Assembly (NCBI GenBank): GCA_965220965.1
Contig: OZ244852.1
Location: 32,001 to 96,000, forward strand
Reading direction: 5' to 3'
Origin: Candidatus Marinacidobacterium sp.
Lineage (GTDB): Bacteria; Acidobacteriota; Vicinamibacteria; Marinacidobacterales; Marinacidobacteraceae
Length of the DNA stretch: 64,000 bases
In this document: positions 29,686-38,420 of the stretch, one piece after another
Numbering within the stretch: position 1 is the stretch's first letter
How the letters are laid out: each line of letters begins with the position of its first letter
Notes under the pieces: generated by a model
Database searches by the model: none
Seen by the model: only the letters and a program-made list of their open reading frames with translations
Told to the model about the DNA's origin: nothing
Program-made: the position numbers and the translations under genes

Positions 29686-29717
29686 TTCCATGATTCGATA
29701 TACTTCGAAACATGGAA
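29686..29717 (+). promoter_or_regulatory. ArsR operator: inverted repeat bracketing the -10 box and overlapping the start codon
   Basis: TTCCATG-A-TTCGA-[TATACT]-TCGAA-A-CATGGAA. A -35-like TTGCGT at 29675-29680; ATG 7 nt after the -10 box (leaderless). Confidence 0.75.
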
Positions 29718-30029
29718 AGGACAGCCGCCCGCGACGCGCTGGCGGCGCTGGCGCACGAGACCCGGCTGGACATCTTCCGCCTTCTCGTCCGCGCCGGGCC
29801 CGGCGGGCTCCCCGCCGGTCAGGTCGCCGGAACGCTCGGCGTCCCGTCGCCCACGCTCTCCTTCCACCTCAAGGAGATGCGCTTCGCCGGGGTGATCCGT
29901 TCCCGGAGGGAGGGCCGGTCCCTCATCTACAGCCCCGATTTCGCCGCCATGGACGCCCTGGTGGCTTTCCTCACCGAAAACTGTTGCCGGGACGCGAGTC
30001 CCGATTGCGCGGAGGATCCGACCCCATGA
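29712..30029 (+). CDS. arsR: ArsR/SmtB family arsenite-responsive repressor
   Basis: ALAHETRLDIFRLLV, TLSFHLKE, REGRSLIY, C-terminal ENCC....C metalloid-binding site. Confidence 0.88.
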   Translation: MERTAARDALAALAHETRLDIFRLLVRAGPGGLPAGQVAGTLGVPSPTLSFHLKEMRFAGVIRSRREGRSLIYSPDFAAMDALVAFLTENCCRDASPDCAEDPTP

Positions 30030-30466
30030 GACTGCAGCTTGCCCTGAACGTGCGCGATCTGGAGGAGGCGGTGGGCTTCTACACGAAGCTCTTCGGCGTC
30101 GCCCCGAAGAAGCGGAAGCCCGGCTACGCCAACTTCGCGATCGCCGAGCCGCCGCTGAAGCTGGTCCTCTTCGAGAACCCCGATTCCGCCGAGCGGATCA
30201 ATCACCTGGGCGTCGAGGTCATGGAGGACGCCGAGGTGGACACCGCCATGGCCCGGATCCAGGAGGCCGGCCTGTCCCACGAGATCGAATCGGAGGTCAC
30301 CTGCTGCCACGCCCGGCAGAACAAGGTGTGGGCCTACGAGCCCGAGGGCCTCCGCTGGGAGTGGTACCGGGTGATCGAGGACGTGGAGGAAGAGTCCGCC
30401 TGCGCGACGCCCGCGCCCGCTTCCGGGCCGGTTGCGATCGCGCCGCCCCCGGCGTCCGGAGCGTGA
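30026..30466 (+). CDS. arsI: ArsI/CadI family VOC (glyoxalase-fold) metalloenzyme, probable C-As lyase
   Basis: MRLQLALNVRDLEEAVGFYTKLFG, GYANFAIAEPPLKLVL, NHLGVEV, vicinal TCCHARQNKVW, WEWY. ATGA overlap with arsR. Confidence 0.85.
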   Translation: MRLQLALNVRDLEEAVGFYTKLFGVAPKKRKPGYANFAIAEPPLKLVLFENPDSAERINHLGVEVMEDAEVDTAMARIQEAGLSHEIESEVTCCHARQNKVWAYEPEGLRWEWYRVIEDVEEESACATPAPASGPVAIAPPPASGA

Positions 30467-30523
30467 CCTGAGGAAACCGGGGCGCCCCACTTGCTAGAAT
30501 CCGCGCCCTTTCCGGGCCCCGAT

Positions 30524-30850
30524 ATGTACGCAATCTTCGAGAGCGGCGGCAAGCAGCACCGGGCGGAGCCCGGGCAGCGCGTCGCGCTGGAGCGCCTTCA
30601 CGCCGCCGAGGGCGACGAGGTCTCGTTCGACCGGGTGTTGCTGGTGCGCGACCCCGGGACCGGCGAGATGAAGGTGGGGACGCCGTACGTGGAAGGGGCG
30701 ACGGTCTCCGCGACCGTCCTGAGTCACTACCGCGACCCCAAGATCCGGGTCTTCAAGCGGAAGCGCCGCAAGGGCTACCGGAAGCTGCAGGGGCACCGGC
30801 AGGACCGCGTCCAGGTGCGCATCGAAGCGATCCACCCGGCGGCCGGATAG
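30524..30850 (+). CDS. rplU: 50S ribosomal protein L21
   Basis: [43 protein letters not shown] promoter upstream. Confidence 0.96.
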   Translation: MYAIFESGGKQHRAEPGQRVALERLHAAEGDEVSFDRVLLVRDPGTGEMKVGTPYVEGATVSATVLSHYRDPKIRVFKRKRRKGYRKLQGHRQDRVQVRIEAIHPAAG

Positions 30851-30914
30851 CCGTCAGCCAGAGCAGGACACTCCGGAACGAACCCCGACCCCAACCCCAC
30901 AAGAGGACAGCGCC

Positions 30915-31187
30915 GTGGCTCACAAGAAGGGACAGGGAAGCTCCCGCAACGGACGGGACAGCCATTCCAAGCGGCTTGGCGTGAAGCGGTTCGCCGGCGA
31001 GCGCGTGCTCGGCGGGACGATCCTCGTCCGGCAGCGCGGAACCCGGTTCAAGCCGGGGCCGGGCGTCGGCCGGGGCGGGGACGACACCCTGTTCGCCCGC
31101 ATCTCCGGCGTCGTGTCCTTCCGCAATCGGGGACGGCTGGGACGGTTCATTTCCGTTTCCGCCGAGACCCCGGCGGCGTCGTCGTAA
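30915..31187 (+). CDS. rpmA: 50S ribosomal protein L27
   Basis: [34 protein letters not shown]. Confidence 0.97.
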   Translation: MAHKKGQGSSRNGRDSHSKRLGVKRFAGERVLGGTILVRQRGTRFKPGPGVGRGGDDTLFARISGVVSFRNRGRLGRFISVSAETPAASS

Positions 31188-31271
31188 GTCCGTCCGCCCG
31201 CCCCGCGGGCGCGCCCGGAAGACCCGTCGCTCGGGACCGGCCCGGCGAGGCCCGTTTCCGCGTCGTCGCCC

Positions 31272-32306
31272 ATGCTCGTTGACGAAGTCGTCCTGCGCGT
31301 GGCCGGAGGACGCGGCGGGAACGGCGCGCTGAGCTTTCGCCGGGAGAAGTTCGTCCCCCGGGGCGGCCCCGACGGCGGCAACGGGGGGCGGGGCGGCCAC
31401 GTGATCCTGGTCGCCCGGCGCGGCCGCAACACGCTGGCCGCCTTCCGCTACCGGCCCAACTACCGGGGCGGGGCCGGGGGTCACGGCGGCGGCGGGCGAC
31501 GCCAGGGACGTTCGGGCGAGGACGTTCTCCTCCGCGTGCCGCAGGGGACCGGCGCCTGGGACCACGAGAGCGGCGTCCTGCTCGGCGACCTGGTGGACGA
31601 GGGCCAGACGCTGACGGTGGCCGAGGGCGGCCGCGGCGGACGCGGAAACGCCGTCTTCCGCACCGCGACGAACCAGGCGCCGCGCCGGTCGGAACCCGGC
31701 GGGGCGGGGGAGGAGCGCGACATCCGGCTCGAGCTCCGCCTGCTCGCCGATGTGGGGCTCGTCGGGTTCCCGAACGCCGGCAAGTCTTCCTTCATCGCCC
31801 GGGTCAGCGCAGCCCGCCCGCGGATCGCCGACTACCCCTTCACCACCCTGGCGCCCAACCTCGGGCTCGTGCGGATCGGGGACGACGCCGAGATCGTGGT
31901 GGCGGACCTTCCCGGGATCGTCCCGGGGGCCAGCCAGGGAGCGGGACTCGGCCTCCGGTTCCTGAAACACCTCTCCCGCACCGCGTTCCTCGTCTACTTC
32001 GTGGACCTTTCCGAATCGTCCGGTCGCCACCCGGAAGAGGACTTCCGCGTGCTTCGGGAGGAGGTCCGGAACTACGGCCACGGCCTCGCCTCGAAACCGG
32101 CCGTCGTCGTCGGGAACAAGACGGACATCCTCCAGGGGAACGACCGCATCGAAGCGCTGGAGCGGGCCGCCGCCGCCTGCGGGCTTTCCCACTTCTCCGT
32201 CTCGGCCGCCACCGGGGACGGGTGCTCCGAGCTCGTCCGCAAGCTGGGCGCGCAGCTCGCCTCCCGCCCGCCGGACGCCCCGGTCGTAGACTCGCCTCCA
32301 GCTTGA
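31272..32306 (+). CDS. obgE: GTPase Obg
   Basis: FRREKFVPRGGPDGGNGG, GFPNAGKS, YPFTTL.PNLG, DLPG, NKTD. Confidence 0.96.
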   Translation: MLVDEVVLRVAGGRGGNGALSFRREKFVPRGGPDGGNGGRGGHVILVARRGRNTLAAFRYRPNYRGGAGGHGGGGRRQGRSGEDVLLRVPQGTGAWDHESGVLLGDLVDEGQTLTVAEGGRGGRGNAVFRTATNQAPRRSEPGGAGEERDIRLELRLLADVGLVGFPNAGKSSFIARVSAARPRIADYPFTTLAPNLGLVRIGDDAEIVVADLPGIVPGASQGAGLGLRFLKHLSRTAFLVYFVDLSESSGRHPEEDFRVLREEVRNYGHGLASKPAVVVGNKTDILQGNDRIEALERAAAACGLSHFSVSAATGDGCSELVRKLGAQLASRPPDAPVVDSPPA

Positions 32307-32989
32307 GCCCGTCCCCCCGTCCGGCCGCTCCGGTTCCCCGCCCGGGAGTCGTTGCGGTGTTCGGGGGAACGTTCGACCCGCCGCACTGGGGTCACGTGCG
32401 CGCCGCCGAGGCGGTCCGCGATCAGCTCGGGGTGGAAGAGGTCTGGTTCGTCCCGGCCGCGGTTCCGCCGCACCGCGAGACGCCTCCGCGGGTCGCCGCC
32501 GGAGAGCGGCTGGCCCTCGTCCGGGAAGCGATCCGGGGACGCGAGCGGCTGGTCGCGAGCTCCATCGAACTCGAGCGCGAGGGGCCTTCGTTCACGATCG
32601 ACACGCTCGATCAGATCGCGGCGCGCCGCCCTCCCGGCCCGGAAGGGGACGCCCGGGTGATCTTCGTCGCCGGAAGCGACGCCTTCGCCGAGATCCGCAC
32701 CTGGTCGCGTTACCGGGAGCTGCTCGAGCGCCATCCGGTGGTCGTGGTCTCGCGGTGCGGCGCCCCCCTCGCGGAGGCGCTCGCCGCCGCGCCGGAAGAG
32801 TTCCTCGGCCGCGTCACCGACAACCCCGAGACCCGGCTGGTCCCGCCCCGCATCATCGCCCTCGAGATCCCGCTGCCCGACCCGGCCTCGAAGGACATCC
32901 GCGATCGGGTCGGGGCCCGGCTCCCGGTCGGGAGCATGATGCCGTCGGCGGTCTCTTCCCGGATCGGGGAACGGGGGTACTACCGCTGA
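32303..32989 (+). CDS. nadD: Nicotinate-nucleotide adenylyltransferase
   Basis: FGGTFDPPHWGH, PPHR, SFTIDTL, GSDAF..I.TW. TTGA overlap with obgE. Confidence 0.92.
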   Translation: MSPSPRPAAPVPRPGVVAVFGGTFDPPHWGHVRAAEAVRDQLGVEEVWFVPAAVPPHRETPPRVAAGERLALVREAIRGRERLVASSIELEREGPSFTIDTLDQIAARRPPGPEGDARVIFVAGSDAFAEIRTWSRYRELLERHPVVVVSRCGAPLAEALAAAPEEFLGRVTDNPETRLVPPRIIALEIPLPDPASKDIRDRVGARLPVGSMMPSAVSSRIGERGYYR

Positions 32990-33459
32990 CTCCAGATCCC
33001 GCCCTCCCCGCGTCCGGGCTGCAGGCCCGGCTCGCCGCATCGACCGCGCTCGCCGAGAAGGCCGAGGATGTCCTCGTGCTCGACCTGCGCGAGCTGGTCG
33101 GGTTCACCGACTACTTCGTGATCGCAACGGCGTCCTCGGAGCGGCGCCGAAAGACCGTGATCGAGGCGATCGGGGAGCGGCTCCTCGAGGAGTTCCGGCG
33201 CAAGCCCACCCATATCGAGGGGACGCCGGCCGCCGGCTGGCTGCTCGCGGACTATGTGGACTTCGTGGTCCACGTCTTCGCGCCCGAGAGCCGGGAGCTC
33301 TACCAGCTCGAACGGCTGTGGGGCGACGCCCCCCGCTGGGCGCCCGAACTGGTCGGGGCGGCGGAAGGCGCGGGGCCGTCCGTTCCGGACGCGGCGGATG
33401 AGGAACCCATTTCCGGCGAGACCGCAGAGCCACCGCCCGGGCCGGAAGAGCCCGCGTAG
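32986..33459 (+). CDS. rsfS: Ribosome silencing factor (probable CTG start)
   Basis: EKAEDVLVLDL, DYFVIAT, EG....WLLADYVDFVVHVF..ESRELYQLERLW. CTG at 32986 overlaps the nadD TGA. Confidence 0.92.
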   Translation: MTPDPALPASGLQARLAASTALAEKAEDVLVLDLRELVGFTDYFVIATASSERRRKTVIEAIGERLLEEFRRKPTHIEGTPAAGWLLADYVDFVVHVFAPESRELYQLERLWGDAPRWAPELVGAAEGAGPSVPDAADEEPISGETAEPPPGPEEPA

Positions 33460-33485
33460 AATCCGGCCACAGTCGGACATCCGTC

Positions 33486-34847
33486 GTGCGAACGCTCCTC
33501 TTCTTCTTCGGCGTCCTGGTGACCGCAGCGCTGCTGCTGGTCCTGATGGAGGGGAACTCCCAGTTGGTCACGGTGTGGCTGCCGCTGTTCCTCCCTATCG
33601 AGGTCGAGCTGTGGAAGGTGATGCTCGGCGGGGTCGGGATCGGCGCGGCCGTTGCGCTGGCGTTCGACGGGGCGGGCCGGATCCGGCGGCTCATCCGCGA
33701 GCGCCGCATCCGCCGGGGGCTGCGCGACCTCCACGAGGGGGACCGCCTCTTCCGGGAGGCTGTCGGCGAGATGGCTTCCGGCCGCTTCGCCAAGGCGCTC
33801 CTCAGTCTCGAGGCGGCGGAGGAGTACGCCGGGGCCCACGGGGACACGCTGCGGCGCAAGGCGGAGTGCCTGATGCGCCTGGATCGTCCGGCGGAGGCGG
33901 CCGCCGCGCTCGAGGAGGCGGTCGAGGATGACCGGGGGAACCGGGAGGTCGCCTATGCCCTCGCGGAGGCGCGGATCGCCACCGGCGACCCCGGCAAGGC
34001 CCGCGACCTGCTCGAGAAGACGATCGCGGAAGATCCCGACCCGCCGACGCACGCGCTCCGGACGCACCGCGACCTGCTCGCCGCTTCCGGCGACGCGCAG
34101 GCCGCGCTCGCCGTCCAGCAGCGGCTGCTCTCGGTCATTCCGCGCTCCGGACGCGCCGCCGAAGAGGCCCGGGCGCTGGCGCTGCGCCACGCGCTGGGCC
34201 TCCAGTTGCTGGAGCGGGGCGAAGCGGTGGAGGCGGCGCGGGTGTTTCGCGCGGTGCTCGAAGAGGACCCGCGCGCCGTGCCCGCCTGGGTGCGCCTCGG
34301 GGCCGCCTACCTCGAGGCGGGCAACGAGCGGGCCGCCGTCGAGGCGTGGGAGCGCGGTTTCCGCGAGACCGGCGCCACGCCGCCGCTCACCGCGCTCCAG
34401 GACTACTACCTGGACCGCACCTCCCCGGAGGACGCGATTTCGGTGTGGAAGCGCGCGGTGGCCGAGACCCGCGCCGAGGGGGGCGCCGCCTCGCTCGAAT
34501 CGCAGTACCTGCTCGGCAAGCTGTACGACCGGCTCTTCATGCTGGATGAGGCGGTGGGCGCTCTCGCCGGGCTGCCCAATCTTGACTCTCCCGCCCTCGC
34601 CGCGCGTCTGACCCGGATCCTCGAGAGCCGGGGCGACCTGAGCGGCGCGGTCGCGCACGCGCGCCAGTTGCTCTCCCGGAGTCCGTCGGTGGCCGCCGAG
34701 TACGCCTGTTCCGGGTGCGGCGCCCGATATGCCGAGTGGGCGGATGTCTGCGAGCGCTGCGGCGCCTACGGCCGCGTGGGGCTCGATCTCGGCGCGTCGT
34801 CCGCGGAGCGCGAGGCGGCGGTCCGCGAGTCGGCCCCGGTCGTCTGA
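33486..34847 (+). CDS. LapA-like membrane anchor + TPR + C-terminal rubredoxin-type Zn ribbon (LapB-like LPS assembly protein)
   Basis: Two N-terminal TM segments with N...V.V, multiple TPR repeats, YACSGCG......CERCG. Confidence 0.75.
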   Translation: MRTLLFFFGVLVTAALLLVLMEGNSQLVTVWLPLFLPIEVELWKVMLGGVGIGAAVALAFDGAGRIRRLIRERRIRRGLRDLHEGDRLFREAVGEMASGRFAKALLSLEAAEEYAGAHGDTLRRKAECLMRLDRPAEAAAALEEAVEDDRGNREVAYALAEARIATGDPGKARDLLEKTIAEDPDPPTHALRTHRDLLAASGDAQAALAVQQRLLSVIPRSGRAAEEARALALRHALGLQLLERGEAVEAARVFRAVLEEDPRAVPAWVRLGAAYLEAGNERAAVEAWERGFRETGATPPLTALQDYYLDRTSPEDAISVWKRAVAETRAEGGAASLESQYLLGKLYDRLFMLDEAVGALAGLPNLDSPALAARLTRILESRGDLSGAVAHARQLLSRSPSVAAEYACSGCGARYAEWADVCERCGAYGRVGLDLGASSAEREAAVRESAPVV

Positions 34848-34911
34848 CCGGGCGGCGATCCGGCGCCCCCGGCTTCCAGTCTTCCGAGCCGCGCGCCGGC
34901 GAGGTCTTTCC

Positions 34912-35685
34912 GTGCGTGTTCAGGCCGTGGTCCCCGGGCTTCGCCGGGGGCTGGGCCAGCTCCTGTTTCCGGTCGGCTGCCCGCTCTGCGACGGGCCGCT
35001 CGCCGATCCGCTCCGCGCGCCGGTGTGCGGCGGGTGCCGGACCCGGCTCCTCCCGCTGCCCCATCCGGCGTGTCGCCGGTGCGGCCGGTTCTTCGCGCCG
35101 GGGGCCGCTCCCGGCGTCTGCGGCGCCTGCCGCCGCGCTCCGCCGCCGTTTCTCCGCGCCGTGGCGGCGGCGTCCTACGAAGGGACGGCCCGCCGGGCGG
35201 TCCAGGAGCTGAAGTACCGGCGGCGGGAGGCGCTCGCTCCGCTCCTCGCGGAGGCGGCCGCTACGGCGTGGCTCGCCGCGACCTGGACCGGCGAGGCGGC
35301 CCGGGCGGAGGCCCCGGCCGCGGTGATCCCGGTCCCCTCCCCGTTCTGGCGCCGGGTGCGTCGGGGCTTCCAGCCGGCCGCATCCATCGCCGAGGGCGTC
35401 GCCGCGCGCCTCGAGCTCCCGCTGGCCGGGAACGTCCTGCGCCGCCGCCACTCCCCGCCGCAGACGCTCGTCCCCGCGGGCGCCCGCCGGCGCAACGTGA
35501 GCCGGGTGTTCCGCGTCCGGCGCCTGCCGCCGGCCCTGAACGGCCGGATACTGCTGCTCGTGGACGATGTCCTGACGACCGGGAGCACGGCGCGCGCCGC
35601 GGTGCGGGCGCTTCGCCGGGCGGGCGCCGGACCGGTGGCCGTTCTCACCTTCGCGCGCGCCGCCGGTCCGGGCGGCGGCTCGTAA
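34912..35685 (+). CDS. comF: ComF family phosphoribosyltransferase-like protein
   Basis: LFPVGCPLC..CGGC..CRRC..CGAC double zinc ribbon, LKY, PVP, RGFQ, LLVDDVLTTGST. Confidence 0.9.
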   Translation: MRVQAVVPGLRRGLGQLLFPVGCPLCDGPLADPLRAPVCGGCRTRLLPLPHPACRRCGRFFAPGAAPGVCGACRRAPPPFLRAVAAASYEGTARRAVQELKYRRREALAPLLAEAAATAWLAATWTGEAARAEAPAAVIPVPSPFWRRVRRGFQPAASIAEGVAARLELPLAGNVLRRRHSPPQTLVPAGARRRNVSRVFRVRRLPPALNGRILLLVDDVLTTGSTARAAVRALRRAGAGPVAVLTFARAAGPGGGS

Positions 35686-35741
35686 CGGGCCGCTACAATC
35701 CGGACCGTCGCGGTCCGGAGCGCCGGCCCGGCATGTGAGCC

Positions 35742-36581
35742 TTGCGTTACACCGGATCTGTGCACCGGACGCGGCGGGGGACGGCCGCCCTAGCGCTGGT
35801 TCTCGGGGGCGTGCTGGCGGCCGGCTCCGTCGAGGCGTGGGGCCCCGAAGGGCATCGACGGATCGCCGAGGAGGCGATCGATTCGCTGCGGGATCCGCTG
35901 AAGGAGTTCTTCGAGGATCGGGAAGACGAGCTCATCGAGCTGCTGGACGACCCCGGCCGAGGCCGGGCGGCGGCGCACTTCCACCTCGAGGCCTACGACG
36001 AGTTTCCGTTCTGGGACGTGCCGGCGACCCGCGAGCTGGCGGAGCGGCGGTTCTCCGAGGAGGAGATCGAGGCGCAGGGCGACGCGCTCTACCGGCTGCT
36101 CGAGGCGTGGGCCGGGCTGGTGGAGGCGTTCACCGCGCAGGACTTCGAGGAGGTCCTGGGGCTCGCCGCCGATGTGTCGTGGCTCGTCGGAGAACTCAGC
36201 GTGCCCCTCAACGTCTCGGACCGGGGCGACGGGCAGGCGACCGAGCAGGACGGCCTCACCCGACGCTTCGACACGCAGCTCCTGGAGATCTTCGCCAACG
36301 AGTTGCGGGTGGACGACTCGGCCGGTCTCTACATCGACCGGCCGGAGGAGTTCATGCGCTCGCTCCCGCTCAAGGTCCACATCTGGGTGGACAACATCTC
36401 CTTCGTGGACGCCCTCTCCCGCCGCGGGGTCACGGGGTACGACCGCTTCTACATGGACGGGATGTGGAGGGAGCTCGGGCCGCTGGTGAACGCGCTCACG
36501 AGCGACGCCGCGGCCGACACCGCGAGCCTCTGGTACACCGCCTGGGTGGCGGCCGGACGCCCCGAGGTCCCGGAGACCTGA
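35742..36581 (+). CDS. Exported S1/P1 nuclease / zinc phospholipase C-fold protein with degenerate metal sites
   Basis: Signal peptide ending VEA, then WGPEGH (family N-terminal W/H ligands). HF.. motif; WLVGELSVPLN in place of H..GD.HQPLH; C-terminal ASLWYTAW. Confidence 0.7.
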   Translation: MRYTGSVHRTRRGTAALALVLGGVLAAGSVEAWGPEGHRRIAEEAIDSLRDPLKEFFEDREDELIELLDDPGRGRAAAHFHLEAYDEFPFWDVPATRELAERRFSEEEIEAQGDALYRLLEAWAGLVEAFTAQDFEEVLGLAADVSWLVGELSVPLNVSDRGDGQATEQDGLTRRFDTQLLEIFANELRVDDSAGLYIDRPEEFMRSLPLKVHIWVDNISFVDALSRRGVTGYDRFYMDGMWRELGPLVNALTSDAAADTASLWYTAWVAAGRPEVPET

Positions 36582-37273
36582 CCGAGCCTTCGGAGGCCGG
36601 CCGCACGCCATCGAACGGCGACGCGGCCGGCGAGGACTCGAACGCGCTCGACCTCGCCACCATCGAGGCCCTGCGCGCCGGCGAGATCGACCGCAACAGG
36701 GCCTGGGAAGACCTGATCGGCCGCCATCAACGCCGGCTGTTCTCGCTCGCCTACCGGTTCACCGGCCGCTACCAGGACGCCGAGGAGCTGACCCAGGAGC
36801 TCATCGTGCGCCTCTACCACCAGCTTCCCCGGTTCGATCCGCGGGCCCACTTCGTGGTCTGGCTGAATTCGGTGGCCCGCAACTACTGCATCGACCGCTA
36901 CCGGGCGCGGGTTCGCGAGCGGCAGCGGCTCCTTCCGCACGACGGTCCGATGGACCGCTGGGCCGGCGAGGCGGCCCCCGGCCCCGAGCGGGCGCTCGAG
37001 CTTCGGGAGACCCGCGACCAGTTGTGGGACGCGCTCGAGTCGCTCTCGCCCCGGCTGCGGGAGGTCGTGCAGCTCCGGTTCTTCCAGGACCTCTCCTACG
37101 AGGAGATCGGGGAGCGGCTCGGCGTTCCGGAAGGGACGGTGAAGAGCCGGATCCACCGGGGACGGGCGGAGATGCGGACGAAGCTGCGGGAGGCCCAGCG
37201 GCCTCCCGCGGACACAGGAGTGGACGAGGACAACGCCGGCCGGCGCTCGCCGGCCACGGAGGCAGAGCCATGA
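36578..37273 (+). CDS. ECF-type RNA polymerase sigma factor (probable CTG start)
   Basis: Region 2 LFSLAYRFTG..DAEELTQE..F..WL..VARNYCID; region 4 LSYEEIGERLGVPEGTVKSRIHRGR. CTG 36578 overlaps the upstream TGA. Confidence 0.92.
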   Translation: MTEPSEAGRTPSNGDAAGEDSNALDLATIEALRAGEIDRNRAWEDLIGRHQRRLFSLAYRFTGRYQDAEELTQELIVRLYHQLPRFDPRAHFVVWLNSVARNYCIDRYRARVRERQRLLPHDGPMDRWAGEAAPGPERALELRETRDQLWDALESLSPRLREVVQLRFFQDLSYEEIGERLGVPEGTVKSRIHRGRAEMRTKLREAQRPPADTGVDEDNAGRRSPATEAEP

Positions 37274-37647
37274 CGATGACCACGAGCGTCCGGACCGAGT
37301 CCGGCGTCACCGTGTTCCGCCCGGAGGCCCCGCGTCTGGTCTACGCGACGCTCGACTCCTTCGTCGAGCAGGTCCACGGCCGGCTGGGAGAGGGGGCGCC
37401 GCGCGTCCTGCTGGACTTTGCGGTCGTGACCTATGTCGATTCCGCCGCCATCGGGTGCCTCATGGACCTCTACCGGCGCATCGCCAGCCGGAAGGGACGG
37501 CTTGCGCTCGCCGCGCTCGAGGAGCGGGTCGAACGGATGCTGCGCATGACCGGGGCGCACGAGTTCATCCCGATCCACCCGACGGTGGAGGCCGGGGTCG
37601 CGGCGCTCGGAGAAACGGCGGAGTCCGACGGTGGGGAGGATCGCTGA
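37270..37647 (+). CDS. STAS-domain anti-sigma factor antagonist (SpoIIAA/RsbV-like)
   Basis: VLLDFAVVTYVDSAAIGCL, ERMLRMTG. ATGA overlap with the sigma gene. Confidence 0.88.
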   Translation: MTMTTSVRTESGVTVFRPEAPRLVYATLDSFVEQVHGRLGEGAPRVLLDFAVVTYVDSAAIGCLMDLYRRIASRKGRLALAALEERVERMLRMTGAHEFIPIHPTVEAGVAALGETAESDGGEDR

Positions 37648-37925
37648 TGCGCTCCATCACGATGCGCGACGGGCGCGTGATCCAGCTCGACGGGGATCTG
37701 CTCGCGATCCTCGAGGCGCTCTACCAGGAAGTCTCCGTCCGCAGCGAGTTCCAGAACACCTACGAGACGATGATGGGCGAGGTGACCCACATCGTGGAGT
37801 CGATGACCGAGGACGAGCGGCGCAGTTACCTGATCGAGAGCCTCTTCCTGAACATCGTCCGCTACGAGAACGAGCGGCTGGCGGCCTTCCTGAAGATGGT
37901 GGAGTCCTCCGGGGGAGATGACTGA
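37647..37925 (+). CDS. Small acidic helical hypothetical protein (92 aa)
   Basis: TGATG overlap, GGAGG RBS, host-like codon usage: MRSITMRDGRVIQLDGDLLAILEALYQEV...YLIESLFLNIVRYENE. Confidence 0.8.
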   Translation: MRSITMRDGRVIQLDGDLLAILEALYQEVSVRSEFQNTYETMMGEVTHIVESMTEDERRSYLIESLFLNIVRYENERLAAFLKMVESSGGDD

Positions 37926-37979
37926 CCGGGAGCCCGCGCATCCCGGCCTCCGGGCGGCGAAGGCCGCCCGGAGATCGGC

Positions 37980-38393
37980 CTATCTTCCAGCGGCGATGAG
38001 CCAGGCCCAGTTCAGGGCGAGCGCGGCGAGCGCCACCCGACCGTTCAGCAGGCGCCTCACGGCGTCGGGCGGCTTCCAGCCCAGCAGAAGCGCCGCGCCG
38101 GAGATCACCCCGGCGGCGATTGCCACCGTCACCAGCGGGTTCCAGGCGAGCGCTTCGAGCGGGGCGCCGGTCGCGAGCGAGGCCGCCGCCCTCGTCCCGC
38201 CGCAGAGCGGGCAGGGGATCCCGGTGGCGGCGTTCAGCAGACAGAGCCGCACGCCCCCCGGAAACTCCTCGCTGATGCGGTGGACCCACGGGGCGGCGGC
38301 GAGCGCCCCGCCGCCCACGAAGAGCAGGGAAAGACCGGACCCGCGGTCGGAGGAACCCTCTCGGGGCGGCGCGCCGCGGGCCGGGTTCGCCAT
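37980..38393 (-). CDS. DUF2752-like membrane protein
   Basis: [19 protein letters not shown]...AL.WNP motif and TM helices. Confidence 0.78.
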   Translation of the reverse strand: MANPARGAPPREGSSDRGSGLSLLFVGGGALAAAPWVHRISEEFPGGVRLCLLNAATGIPCPLCGGTRAAASLATGAPLEALAWNPLVTVAIAAGVISGAALLLGWKPPDAVRRLLNGRVALAALALNWAWLIAAGR

Positions 38394-38420
38394 GGGCTCC
38401 GGAGCCTACTGCCGGAGGGC

